Assembly: GCA_040901675.1 (NCBI GenBank)
Contig: JBBDYJ010000037.1
Coordinates: 771 to 64,770, forward strand
DNA length: 64,000 bases
Origin: Pirellulales bacterium
Lineage (GTDB): Bacteria > Planctomycetota > Planctomycetia > Pirellulales > JAICIG01
Direction: 5' to 3'
Shown here: piece by piece, positions 7,966 through 17,006 of the stretch
Layout of the letters: every line of letters starts with the position of its first letter
Numbering within the stretch: position 1 is the first letter of the stretch
The notes under the pieces: model-generated
The model's input: only the letters and a program-made list of their open reading frames with translations
Told to the model about the DNA's origin: nothing
The model's database searches: none
Position numbers and translations under genes: made by a program

Positions 7966-9789
7966 ATGCAATATGCCACCCAACGCCCGCGACGAGGGCT
8001 CGCCGCGACGCTGGGCGTCTGCCTGTACCTGGCCGCCGCGATATCTGCGCTAGTGCCAATGGCAGCCAGGGCCGAGTCGCCGGACCGTTCGCCCGTCGAC
8101 CTGGTGCTGTCGTCCGACGAGCGCTGGCTGATCACGGCCAACCAGACATCGAACTCCGTCTCGCTCGTCGACGTGCCCGCCGCTAAGGTCGTCCAGGAGC
8201 TCGAGGTCGGCCGCCGTCCCGGCGGCCTGGCGCTCACACCGGATGGCAGACGGGTGCTCGTGGCCTGCACTCATTCGGGCACTCTCGATGTGCTGGAACT
8301 GGCCGATGGCAGGCTGAGCGGTGCCGGATCGGTCCGGGTGGGTTTCGAACCGGTGGGCGTCGCCGTTGCGGCGGATGGCCGTTTGGCCTACGTGGCGCTG
8401 CAGGCGGCCGCGGCGGTGGCCGTGGTGGATCTCGAAGCGCTTGCAGTGATTGACCAGATCGACGTGGGGCGCTGGCCGCGGCACCTGGCGTTGTCTTCCG
8501 ACGGCAGCCGCCTGGCGGTGGGCACCAGCGGCGACCAGAGCATCTCGGTAGTCGACACGCATTCCCGCCGTCTGCTGTACCAGGAGAAGTTCGGCGGCAT
8601 CAACGTGGGCCACCTCGTGCCCTCCAGCGACGGCAAGTACGCCTACTTTCCCTGGATGATCTACCGCACCAATCCGATTACCCAGCGAAACATCCAACTA
8701 GGCTGGGTGCTGGGAACGCGCATCGCCAGGGTGCGGCTGGATGGGGCGGCCCGCCGGCAGGCGATGACCCTGGACCCGCGCGGCGAGGCGGTCAGCGATC
8801 CCTACGGGATCGCACTCACCAGCGACGAGCAGTGGCTGGTCGCCTCGGCGTCGGGGACGCACGAGCTGCTGGTCTACCGGATGAAAGACCTGGTGTTTCA
8901 GGACCATGGGGGACCGGGGGACCACATCGATCCTCTGCTGTTGGGCAATCCGGACAGGTTCTACCGCGTGCCCTTGGGCGGGCGGCCGATGGGCATCCGC
9001 TTGGCGCGCGACGATCGCCGCGTCTTCGTGGCCAACTACCTTGCCAGCGCCGTGCAGGTTGTGGATCTCGAATCCCGCAGCGTCGTCCAGACGTTCGATC
9101 TCGGCGGTCCGGCACAGCCATCGTTGGCCCGCCGCGGCCAGGCAATCTTCTACGACGGGGGCCGCAGCCTGGACCAATGGTATAGCTGCCATAGCTGCCA
9201 TTACGAGGGTGGCACCAACGCCGTGGCGATGGATACCAGCAACGACGGATCGGACGGCACGTTCAAGACCGCGCTCCCCCTGTCCAACCTGCGGCACACG
9301 GGTCCGTGGACCTGGCATGGGTGGCAGACTGATCTCGAAGCAGCCATGCACAAGAGCTTGACCGAAACCATGCTCGGCCCGCGGCCCACGGGCGACGACG
9401 TGCAGGCGCTGTTGGCGTTTATCGATTCGATCGAGCCGCCGCCCAATCCCTATCGCGGCCAGGACGGCAATCTGAGCGAAGCGGCCCAGCGTGGCAAACA
9501 AGTCTTCGAGAGCGCCAAGGCGGCCTGCTCAACGTGCCATAGCGGGCCGCACTTCACCGATGGTCAGATCCACGACGTCGGGCTGGGCCGCCCCCGCGAC
9601 GTCTACGAGGGCTTCAACACGCCGTCGCTGAACGGCCTGTATGGCCGCGTCCGCTACTTGCACGATGGCCGGGCCAAGAGCCTGGAGCAGTTGTTGACCG
9701 GTCCGCATAATCCCGCCGACGTGGCCGGCCTCGGCGAGCTCGGCGACAGCGAGCGGTCCGACTTGATTGAATATCTGAAGTCGCTCTAA
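7966..9789 (+). CDS. beta-propeller repeat protein fused to a di-haem cytochrome c (peroxidase/MauG-like) domain
   Basis: Start at ATG 7966 (MQYATQRPRRGLAATLGVCLYLAAAISALVPMAARA signal). Repeated propeller-like segments (ITANQTSNSVSLVD, VACTHSGTLDVL, YVALQAAAAVAVVD, VGTSGDQSISVVD). Two haem c motifs, CHSCH and CSTCH, in the C-terminal third. Confidence 0.85.
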   Translation: MQYATQRPRRGLAATLGVCLYLAAAISALVPMAARAESPDRSPVDLVLSSDERWLITANQTSNSVSLVDVPAAKVVQELEVGRRPGGLALTPDGRRVLVACTHSGTLDVLELADGRLSGAGSVRVGFEPVGVAVAADGRLAYVALQAAAAVAVVDLEALAVIDQIDVGRWPRHLALSSDGSRLAVGTSGDQSISVVDTHSRRLLYQEKFGGINVGHLVPSSDGKYAYFPWMIYRTNPITQRNIQLGWVLGTRIARVRLDGAARRQAMTLDPRGEAVSDPYGIALTSDEQWLVASASGTHELLVYRMKDLVFQDHGGPGDHIDPLLLGNPDRFYRVPLGGRPMGIRLARDDRRVFVANYLASAVQVVDLESRSVVQTFDLGGPAQPSLARRGQAIFYDGGRSLDQWYSCHSCHYEGGTNAVAMDTSNDGSDGTFKTALPLSNLRHTGPWTWHGWQTDLEAAMHKSLTETMLGPRPTGDDVQALLAFIDSIEPPPNPYRGQDGNLSEAAQRGKQVFESAKAACSTCHSGPHFTDGQIHDVGLGRPRDVYEGFNTPSLNGLYGRVRYLHDGRAKSLEQLLTGPHNPADVAGLGELGDSERSDLIEYLKSL

Positions 9790-9821
9790 TCTGGGCTCGA
9801 AAAGTGCGGGCGGAGGTCTGC

Positions 9822-10451
9822 ATGGAGAATGAAATGAAACGCTCGTTGCTGCTGCTCTCGGTGCTGGTCCTGTTGTTGCCGGGCTGCGAACGGTCCAAGA
9901 CCGTGCCCAACGTGCCCGACGCCGGCCAAAGCGAGGCAGCCAAGGCCGGTCCGGCGGCTGACGCGGGCACGCTGCCCCCGGCCAACGACGCAGTGACCCT
10001 GCAGATCAAGGATTACGACGGCATCCTGGCCCTGGTCCGCGACAAGCAGGGCAAGGTGGTCGTGCTGGACGCCTGGAGCACCTGGTGCGAGCCGTGTATG
10101 AGGGAATTCCCGGGCCTGGTCGCGTTGCACGAGAAGTACGGGCCCGACCGGGTCGCGTGCATCAGCTTGAGCTTGGACTTCGACGGCATCGGCGACGAGA
10201 AGCCCGAGCAGCACCGCGACAAGGTGCTCGCATTTCTCAACGAGCAAGGTGCCGCGTTCGACAATCTCATTTCCAGCGACCCCTCGGAGGAGCTCTACAA
10301 AAAGCTCGGCTTCGCCAGCGTGCCGGCGGTTTTCGTCTACGACCGGCAAGGCCAGTTGGCCAGGCGGTTCGATAACACGGACGCCAAGCGCGAGCCGTTT
10401 ACCTACCAGGATGTCGAGGCGCTGGTGGTCGAGTTGCTCGAGGCTCAATAG
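9822..10451 (+). CDS. TlpA/ResA-like thiol:disulfide oxidoreductase lipoprotein
   Basis: GGAGG 5 nt before ATG 9822. Lipobox LLLPGC. Thioredoxin active site WSTWCEPC. Confidence 0.85.
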   Translation: MENEMKRSLLLLSVLVLLLPGCERSKTVPNVPDAGQSEAAKAGPAADAGTLPPANDAVTLQIKDYDGILALVRDKQGKVVVLDAWSTWCEPCMREFPGLVALHEKYGPDRVACISLSLDFDGIGDEKPEQHRDKVLAFLNEQGAAFDNLISSDPSEELYKKLGFASVPAVFVYDRQGQLARRFDNTDAKREPFTYQDVEALVVELLEAQ

Positions 10452-10468
10452 ACACCGATAAAGCACCG

Positions 10469-10509
10469 TGGCCGCGGCCTCAATCCGGAAACCGGTGAGA
10501 CCGCGGCCA
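10469..10509. terminator. long hairpin between convergent genes (possible bidirectional terminator)
   Basis: TGGCCGCGG (10469-10477) pairs with CCGCGGCCA (10501-10509). Nested inner pairs CTCA/TGAG and CCGG-AAA-CCGG. No T-run, so function is inferred from position only. Confidence 0.4.
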
Positions 10510-10601
10510 GGTGTTGTGTCGAGCAATCGGAGTGTGAAACGGGACGAGCCTTCACGGCCGTCTCAGCGGTGCGCTGGATGAATCACCTCGCCATTGCGAA
10601 G

Positions 10602-11180
10602 TTATTCCTCCAGGATCTTGGGTACGTCGGCCAGGATGGCCTCCTCGCCTTTCTCCTTCTTCAGTTCGCCAGGGCCAAAGGCGTGGTTGGCCTTGACCTT
10701 GAGCCCGCTGTAGAGCATCACGCTCACTTCAGCATCGGGGCTGATGCCAAAGTTCTCGGGGCCGTTCTCGAATTCGACCGGGACCACGATCGGGGTGTGC
10801 TTGGCTTCGCTCTTTTTGGCAAGCTCCTTGGCTTGCTCTTCGAGAGCGTCCTGGTCCTCACCCAGCAGATTGACGAAGACACGCAATTCCTTGTCTTCGT
10901 GCTTTGCCACGAGCGCGTCGAGCTTCTTGACCAAACTGGCCAAGGCCGCGTCTGATTTTCGGGCGAAAATCATGACGACGGGTCGAGCACTGTACTTTCA
11001 GCGATAGCAGAGTCTCTGGCCCTCGCGGACGCCGTCGTCCTCGGCGCCGGCAATTTTTAATACGTCAAAGGCACCGACCGCGGCATCGACGTCGAGGCCG
11101 CTCTTCAGTTCATCGGCGCCTGCGGTCGTGGCGCCGGCCACCAAGGCCGCCGCCAGACCGAAGCTTGGGAGTAATCTCAT
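10602..11180 (-). CDS. secreted C-x-x-U protein: candidate selenoprotein (192 aa if TGA 10998-11000 is read as Sec); otherwise a nonsense-disrupted gene
   Basis: Track ORFs 10998..11180 and 10602..10973 are in the same frame, separated by TGA plus 8 sense codons: ...EGQRLCYR-TGA-KYSARPVV-MIFARKSD... AAGGAG SD about 12 nt before ATG 11180. Signal peptide MRLLPSFGLAAALVAGATTAGA. No SD before the internal ATG 10973. The TGA lies 3 residues after the only Cys in the protein. Confidence 0.55.
10946..10981 (-). promoter_or_regulatory. candidate bacterial SECIS stem-loop
   Basis: On the mRNA: CGUC-A-UGAUUUUC [GCCC] GAAAAUCA-GACG (10977..10949), 12 bp with a bulged A. Extendable by 3 bp with a bulged U to 10981/10946. 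The stem starts 19 nt after the UGA and the G-first tetraloop lies about 33 nt after it. Confidence 0.4.
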
Positions 11181-11333
11181 AATGGCAGGAATCTCCTTTC
11201 TCGGTTTTCCAGTGAAACGTCACACTCGCACGCATTCGACTGGCTGTAGTCTATGGAGGAGGCCCCCGTTTGGCAAGTTTCCCCCGACTGGGTTTCCAGG
11301 AAGCGGAAGCCTCCCGACTTTTGGGGAGGGTGA

Positions 11334-11458
11334 CTGAACTCGCCAGAGTTCAGGAGGCGCAGGTCGGGCCATCGGCCCGAATTCTGGCGAATCCGGCTAC
11401 GGCCTGGCGCTCTTCCGCTACGGAGGCACGCCGGTAGCTGAACTCGCCAGAGTTCAGG
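11334..11458. repeat. cluster of family-A related palindromic repeats
   Basis: CTGAACTCGCCAGAGTTCAGG at 11334-11354 and 11438-11458 flank CCGAATTCTGGCGAATCCGGCTACGG at 11377-11402. The outer copies are the inverse-orientation variant (loop GCCAG versus CTGGC). Confidence 0.75.
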
Positions 11459-11474
11459 GAGGAGCGCATCGGGC

Positions 11475-13220
11475 CTACGGGCTTGGCGCATCAGCCTCGA
11501 TCAATAACTCGAACCCCAGCATCGAGGGCTCGGTGGTCAGGCGGAGGCCGGCCTTGTTCACCGCCTTGATGAGCTGAAGGAGCGTGGCGATGGCCTGCTC
11601 GGCCTCGCCGCGGTCGTTCCCCTGGGCAAGCATGTTCTGACTGATCAACAGCTCGCGATTGTCGTCCAGAATGGCGGCGAGCGGGGCAGCCTGCAGGGCC
11701 AGCTCGAAGTTGCCGGAATCCACCGCGGACCCTCCGCTGCCTAGGACGTCGACTAGCTGCTTGACGATGCCGATGGTGGAGCCGAACACGAAGCGGTCGC
11801 CGACGCGCGCGCAGGCCGGACTGAAGTTGTAGTTGAGGGGCGCTTTGCCCGGCTCTGCCTTTTGCGGCGCAAGGTAGCTGGCCGTGGAAATGCTCGCTCC
11901 CTGGTACTCTTCGCTGGCCAACAGCAACTGTGGCTGCCCCTGCTGCCCGCCGACAATGTTCGTCAGCCCGATCACCTTCTGATAAGCAATCAGCAGATGC
12001 TTGGCAAAATCGTCCGGTTGCTCCATCGTGAGGACCAGGGCCATGGCCGGCAGCTTGAGGGCCGGCACCGGCTGATCGCGGAACTCCTGGCGGACCACGA
12101 TGAATTGCCAACCGGGCTTTAACTCACCAAGCACCTCGGAGCCAAAATCACGCCCGGAGAAGAACAATCCCAATTGCGTGTCGGCCTGGGCGAAGCCGGC
12201 CACGGTCTGCTCGTCGAACAAATCGCCCCGCGACAACCAGAATCCGGCCAGGTCGCGGACCAGCGACAGCGTGGCAATCGTGCCGGGCAACTCGACTCCG
12301 GCGGGGACGCCTTCGGCCTCGGCAAAGTACCACGAGCGGGCAGGGGCGACTTGGGCAGCGTCGCGCGGCATATAAGCCCGCAGACGAAGCGTGCCGCCGT
12401 CCAGGTGCAGGCTGGCGGCGGCATACGGGGCGTGGCGGGCCGCTTCGAGCACGCCGCCCAGCAGCAGCTCGCCCAGCGGATTGTTGTTGGGGCTTGAGAG
12501 CGCCTTCTCGACATTGGGCAGCTTGCGGATGGTGTCGAGCCCGGCCCAGGCCCAAGCCGCGGCCTCGGCGGGACGCGCCGCACGGGCCTCGGCAAAGGCG
12601 GGCACGTTGGCCAGGCTCGGCGAACCGGCCTGCCGCGAGCGGTCGATGGCCGCCTTGAGCGCGTCGGCGTTGTTGCTGCTCACGAGCAGGTCGCCGATGA
12701 TGGCATGGAACTGGTTTGGACCGAAGCTCCATCCCACCACGCCGTTGTATTCCTTCGACTTCACGGGCGACTCACGCGCGTTGTTGCGTGCGTCGGCTTC
12801 GATGAGGTCGGCCAGGGTCTTGTTGAGCCTGTTGAGCAATTCGGGATTTGTGCTGCGGCTGATCCAAAGGGCCGAATTGCCGGCCGGATCAAAGGCCAGA
12901 TACACCCCCCCGCCGAGCACGTCGCTGACCGCGGTCCGCCAGTCGGTCCCCAACTGGGCCTCGACCAGCGCGGTGCCCGCACGGGCCTGCCGGTACTGGT
13001 CCGAATCGAGGTATTGCTTGTAGGCCGGGATCCCCTGGGCCAACTCGTAGGTCGAGGGCGCCAGGGCCGGCCCGAGCAAAGCGTCCGGTCGCGTCACTTC
13101 CAGGTACAATATCGACGACTCGGGCGCCAGCCGCGCCGGGTCCGCCACCTCGCCGCGGCAAACAGGCAGTCCAGTGCCGAAAACGGCCAACACAAGCAAG
13201 CCGAGAAGGGGCTTTTTCAT
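11475..13220 (-). CDS. large secreted protein, hypothetical
   Basis: 581-aa ORF with a clear signal peptide (MKKPLLGLLVLAVFGTGLPVCRG) and coding-like composition. No motif I can assign. Confidence 0.7.
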   Translation of the reverse strand: MKKPLLGLLVLAVFGTGLPVCRGEVADPARLAPESSILYLEVTRPDALLGPALAPSTYELAQGIPAYKQYLDSDQYRQARAGTALVEAQLGTDWRTAVSDVLGGGVYLAFDPAGNSALWISRSTNPELLNRLNKTLADLIEADARNNARESPVKSKEYNGVVGWSFGPNQFHAIIGDLLVSSNNADALKAAIDRSRQAGSPSLANVPAFAEARAARPAEAAAWAWAGLDTIRKLPNVEKALSSPNNNPLGELLLGGVLEAARHAPYAAASLHLDGGTLRLRAYMPRDAAQVAPARSWYFAEAEGVPAGVELPGTIATLSLVRDLAGFWLSRGDLFDEQTVAGFAQADTQLGLFFSGRDFGSEVLGELKPGWQFIVVRQEFRDQPVPALKLPAMALVLTMEQPDDFAKHLLIAYQKVIGLTNIVGGQQGQPQLLLASEEYQGASISTASYLAPQKAEPGKAPLNYNFSPACARVGDRFVFGSTIGIVKQLVDVLGSGGSAVDSGNFELALQAAPLAAILDDNRELLISQNMLAQGNDRGEAEQAIATLLQLIKAVNKAGLRLTTEPSMLGFELLIEADAPSP

Positions 13221-13379
13221 CGTTTTTCTCGATTGTAGGTGCGTGGCACAACTAGGTCCGTCGTCCTCTAATACCAGGAGGGGCGTGGCGGGGTTTCAGG
13301 TTCTGCGATGAAACCCAAGCACTCCTGCCGCGGTATAGCCCAGCAGATTTGATTTGCCGACCACCACGGAGGCAGAGCC

Positions 13380-14780
13380 ATGCCGGCGCCCGCCGATCCG
13401 CAGCCGCAGCCGATTGAGCAGGCGGATCCCGCCTGGGCCTGGGCCAGTTACGAGCCATCTGGCAGCGAGGGGTGGAGTTTGGACCTTGCGGCCCATCTCT
13501 ACCGAAGGGCCGGTTTTTCGGCCAACTGGAGCCAGTTGAGCCAGGCGTTGAACGACGGTTGCCAGGGCACCGTCGATCGATTGCTCAGCGGTGTGCCCGA
13601 CACGGACGGCCATTACGAGCAAGCAGCCGGCATGGTCGAAACTCTGCTGGGCTCGTCCAACGGGCAGAACCTGCCGGCCTGGTGGCTGCACCTGATGGTG
13701 CACACTCCGCACCCGCTGTTGGAAAAGATGACCCTCTTCTGGCACGGGCATTTTGCCACGTCGGCCGCCAAGGTGACCGATCCCCGGCTGATGCACGACC
13801 AGAACCATCTGCTGCGCACGCACGCTCTGGGGCGGTTCGGGCCGCTGCTGGAGGCGATGGCCAAGAATCCGGCCATGCTGCTGTGGCTCGATTCGGCCAC
13901 GAACCGCAAGGCCCGACCCAATGAAAACTTTGCCCGCGAGGTGATGGAACTGTTCAGCATGGGCCTGGGCAACTACACCGAGCGGGACATCAAGGAGGCG
14001 GCCCGGGCCTTTACCGGTTGGGAAGTGAAGCACGGTGAGTTCCGCTTCAATCGCTACGAGCACGATCCCCGGCCCAAGACGGTGCTCGGCCTGACGGGTC
14101 CCTGGAACGGCGACGACGTGATACGCATCCTGCTGGAGCAGCCCGCCACGGCCAGGTTCCTGGCGAAGAAAGTCTACCGGTACCTGGTGAGCGAAACCGA
14201 GGAGCCGCCCGACAGCCTCATTGAGCCATTGGCCGACGGGCTGCGCCGCAACGACTACGACATGACCTGGCTGGTTCGCACGGTTTTGTCCTCGAACCTG
14301 TTTTATTCCCCGCACGGCGTGCGGCAGCGGATTAAGTCGCCCCTCGAGTTGGCGGTGGGCCTGCTGCGGGCGTTGGAGGGGACGGCGAACATGTACGTGC
14401 TGGCCCAGGAGTTGGAGGCGCTGGGGCAGGCCGTGTTCTTTCCCCCCAACGTCAAGGGCTGGGACGGCGGCACGACCTGGATCAATTCGTCGACTCTGCT
14501 CGGGCGGGCCAACCTGGTGTGGGGACTCGTGGGCCGCGAGGGGCGCTACAACAGCAAGGTCGACCTGGTGCGGTTACCCGCGCTGGAGGGGGTCGACGAG
14601 CCGGCCGCGCTTGCCCGCCGGGCGGTCGAGCTGCTGCTGGGTTCGACTTTGCCCGATGAAGTCTACGTGCAGTTGACCGCGGTGGCCAACGAAGCGGGCC
14701 AGGCCAATTCGGACAGGCGGCAACGGCTGGCCCGGCTGGTCCAGGCGGTGGCGACCTTGCCCGAGTTCCAGTTGGCATAG
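13380..14780 (+). CDS. DUF1800 family protein
   Basis: Family-typical segments LFWHGHFATS, NENFAREVMELFSMGLGNYTE.DIKEAARAFTGW and FFPPNVKGWDGG. Precedes a DUF1501 gene, as is usual for this pair. Confidence 0.85.
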   Translation: MPAPADPQPQPIEQADPAWAWASYEPSGSEGWSLDLAAHLYRRAGFSANWSQLSQALNDGCQGTVDRLLSGVPDTDGHYEQAAGMVETLLGSSNGQNLPAWWLHLMVHTPHPLLEKMTLFWHGHFATSAAKVTDPRLMHDQNHLLRTHALGRFGPLLEAMAKNPAMLLWLDSATNRKARPNENFAREVMELFSMGLGNYTERDIKEAARAFTGWEVKHGEFRFNRYEHDPRPKTVLGLTGPWNGDDVIRILLEQPATARFLAKKVYRYLVSETEEPPDSLIEPLADGLRRNDYDMTWLVRTVLSSNLFYSPHGVRQRIKSPLELAVGLLRALEGTANMYVLAQELEALGQAVFFPPNVKGWDGGTTWINSSTLLGRANLVWGLVGREGRYNSKVDLVRLPALEGVDEPAALARRAVELLLGSTLPDEVYVQLTAVANEAGQANSDRRQRLARLVQAVATLPEFQLA

Positions 14781-14842
14781 AAGTGCGGATAGCAACCATT
14801 GCGCATCGTTTCAAAGCGACATTCAGAAAAAGGGAGTGATCC

Positions 14843-16090
14843 ATGTCCACGTCACGCCGCCAGTTCCTGCGGGCCGCTCTGGGTTCGACGACGTTGTTGT
14901 CGGCCGGGCTGAGCGTGCCTTCGTTCCTGGCCCGCAGCGCCCGGGCGTTCGACCAGTCCGGCAAGCCGGGCGAGCGGATCCTGGTGGTCGTGCAGTTGAG
15001 CGGCGGCAACGATGGGCTGAACACGGTCATTCCCTACGCCGACGACGGCTACGCCCGCAACCGGGTCGCCTTGCGGATCGCCGCCGAGCAGGTGCTGAAA
15101 ATCGACGACAAGCTGGGCCTGCACCCTCAGATGCAAGGCTGCCACAAGTTGCAGGAAGAAGGCCGCCTGGCCATCCTGCAAGGAATCGGTTATCCCAACC
15201 CGGACCGCTCACACTTCCGCTCGATGGACATCTGGCACACGGCCCGGCCGGAAGTGGAAGACCGCCGCGACGGTTGGCTGGGCCGCTCGATCGATCACGC
15301 TGCGCGTCGGGCTGGGCAGGATGTGCCGGCGCTGCACCTAGGGCCGAACCAGTTGCCATTGGCCTTGGTGAGCCGGCAAACGCCCGTCCCTTCGGTCGAT
15401 TCGCTGGAAACATTCCGCTTGCGCACGGCCGACGGCGCCCTGCCTCGCGAGGCATTGAGCAAGCTGGCCGAGGCGCCCCGCGGCGGCGCCTCGACGCTGT
15501 TGGACTTTTTGTGCAAAAGCACGCTCAGCGCGTATGCCTCCAGCGAACAGGTGCAGCAGGCGTTGGAAGACGACTCCAGCCCCGTCGAGTACCCGGGGTT
15601 CACCCTGGCACGCAAGCTTCGGCAGGTGGCCCAACTGCTCGACGCGGGCCTCAGCACTCGGCTGTATTACGTGTCGCTCGACGGATTCGACACGCACGCC
15701 AACCAGGCCGAGGCCCACGCGGCCCTGCTGAACGAGTTCTCCTCGTCGCTCAAGGTTTTCATGGACGACATTGCCCAGCGAGGCCATCTGGACCGGGTGG
15801 CCGTGCTCGCCTTTTCCGAGTTCGGCCGGCGGGTGCGGGAAAATGCCAGCCAGGGGACGGACCACGGCGCCGCGGCCCCGGTCTTTGTCGCCGGCGGACA
15901 AGTGCGAGGGGGTCCCTTGGGGGCCCATCCCAGCCTGACCGACCTGGACAACGAAGGGGACTTGAAGTTCCACACCGACTTCCGCCAGGTGTATGCCACG
16001 CTTTTGGACCAGTGGCTCGGCTGTTCCAGCCAGGCCGTGCTAGGCGAGCAGTTCGACCACGTGCCGCTGTTCAAGACAGTCCTCGGCTAG
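14843..16090 (+). CDS. DUF1501 family protein (Tat-exported, sulfatase-fold-like)
   Basis: AGGGAG SD before the start. Twin-arginine signal MSTSRRQFLRAALGSTTLL. Family-typical GGNDGLNTVIP, DRSHFRSMDIWHT, GFDTHANQ and TDHG segments. Confidence 0.88.
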   Translation: MSTSRRQFLRAALGSTTLLSAGLSVPSFLARSARAFDQSGKPGERILVVVQLSGGNDGLNTVIPYADDGYARNRVALRIAAEQVLKIDDKLGLHPQMQGCHKLQEEGRLAILQGIGYPNPDRSHFRSMDIWHTARPEVEDRRDGWLGRSIDHAARRAGQDVPALHLGPNQLPLALVSRQTPVPSVDSLETFRLRTADGALPREALSKLAEAPRGGASTLLDFLCKSTLSAYASSEQVQQALEDDSSPVEYPGFTLARKLRQVAQLLDAGLSTRLYYVSLDGFDTHANQAEAHAALLNEFSSSLKVFMDDIAQRGHLDRVAVLAFSEFGRRVRENASQGTDHGAAAPVFVAGGQVRGGPLGAHPSLTDLDNEGDLKFHTDFRQVYATLLDQWLGCSSQAVLGEQFDHVPLFKTVLG

Positions 16091-16102
16091 CATCGTGGCT
16101 AT

Positions 16103-16129
16103 CTGTAGCAGCACTCGCCAGAGTTCTGG
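16103..16129. repeat. family-A related palindromic repeat (inverse orientation)
   Basis: CTGTAGCAGCACTCGCCAGAGTTCTGG, starting 13 nt after the DUF1501 stop. Confidence 0.6.
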
Positions 16130-16286
16130 TGAGGCGGGCCACGCTCCGAGTGCCGAGTGCCGCTGCTCGAAGGCCGCTGCTGGTCCGCCCAAGCCGGACG
16201 AAGCAGTGCATCCAGCGTGCTTCGCATTGCGTCGGTAGTGGATCGTGGGTACGCTGATACTGGTACGCAAACAGCGGAGAGTTGCA

Positions 16287-16520
16287 ATGGCCCGCACGGT
16301 CGCGATTGAATTGGAGATGCCGGACGAACTTGCACGGTTCCACTTGCCGGAGGGGGTCCATGCGCGCTTACAGCAGCTTCTTGATCGGCAGGATGGCGGC
16401 GTCCCGTTAACCGCTGCGGAGCGACGCGAAGCGGAAGGGCTCGTTACGCTTTCAGAGTTCCTGTCGCTGCTTCGTCTGCGCGCTGAAAGCGCTGCGAGGC
16501 CCGATACCCCTGGCCGATGA
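16287..16520 (+). CDS. small protein translationally coupled to an HNH nuclease (antitoxin/immunity-like, function unknown)
   Basis: GGAGAG SD 6 nt before ATG 16287. 77 aa (MARTVAIELEMPDELARFHLPEGVHARLQQLL...). Its stop overlaps the HNH start as ATGA (16517-16520). Confidence 0.6.
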   Translation: MARTVAIELEMPDELARFHLPEGVHARLQQLLDRQDGGVPLTAAERREAEGLVTLSEFLSLLRLRAESAARPDTPGR

Positions 16521-16930
16521 GCCGCGTGCCGCCGAAGATTCGGCGCCGCGTATCTGACCGCGCCGGCCATCGGTGCGAGTATTGCGGGCTGGCGCAGGAG
16601 TCGCAGGAAGCCAGTTTTCACGTCGATCACATCCTTCCGCGCGTAGCCGGAGGGAAGACGAGGCTTGACAATCTTGCTCTTGCTTGTGTTTCGTGTTCGT
16701 TGCGCAAAGAGGCGCGGCGCTCGGCGCGCGATCCTGAAACGGATCGCACGGTTCCCCTCTATCATCCGCGACGACAGCTTTGGTCGGATCACTTTAGATG
16801 GGACCATGTCACCGTAATCGGCAAGACTGCAACGGGCCGAGCGACCGCTGCCGCCCTCCAATTAAATCGTCCACTAATCCTTGCCATCCGTCTCGAAGAA
16901 ACCGATCGGGGTCGCCACCCACCATTTTGA
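16517..16930 (+). CDS. HNH endonuclease family protein
   Basis: CEYCG...HVDHILPRVAGGKTRLDNLALACVSCSLRK, i.e. Cys pairs plus the His-Asn-His core typical of HNH (COG1403-like). Confidence 0.85.
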   Translation: MSRVPPKIRRRVSDRAGHRCEYCGLAQESQEASFHVDHILPRVAGGKTRLDNLALACVSCSLRKEARRSARDPETDRTVPLYHPRRQLWSDHFRWDHVTVIGKTATGRATAAALQLNRPLILAIRLEETDRGRHPPF

Positions 16931-17006
16931 AGCGGATTGCCGTGATGCCTCGACGGCCATCCAGCTCGCGCCGCGCGGCTAAGTCGATGCGCTGGTTGGG
17001 AGGCAA

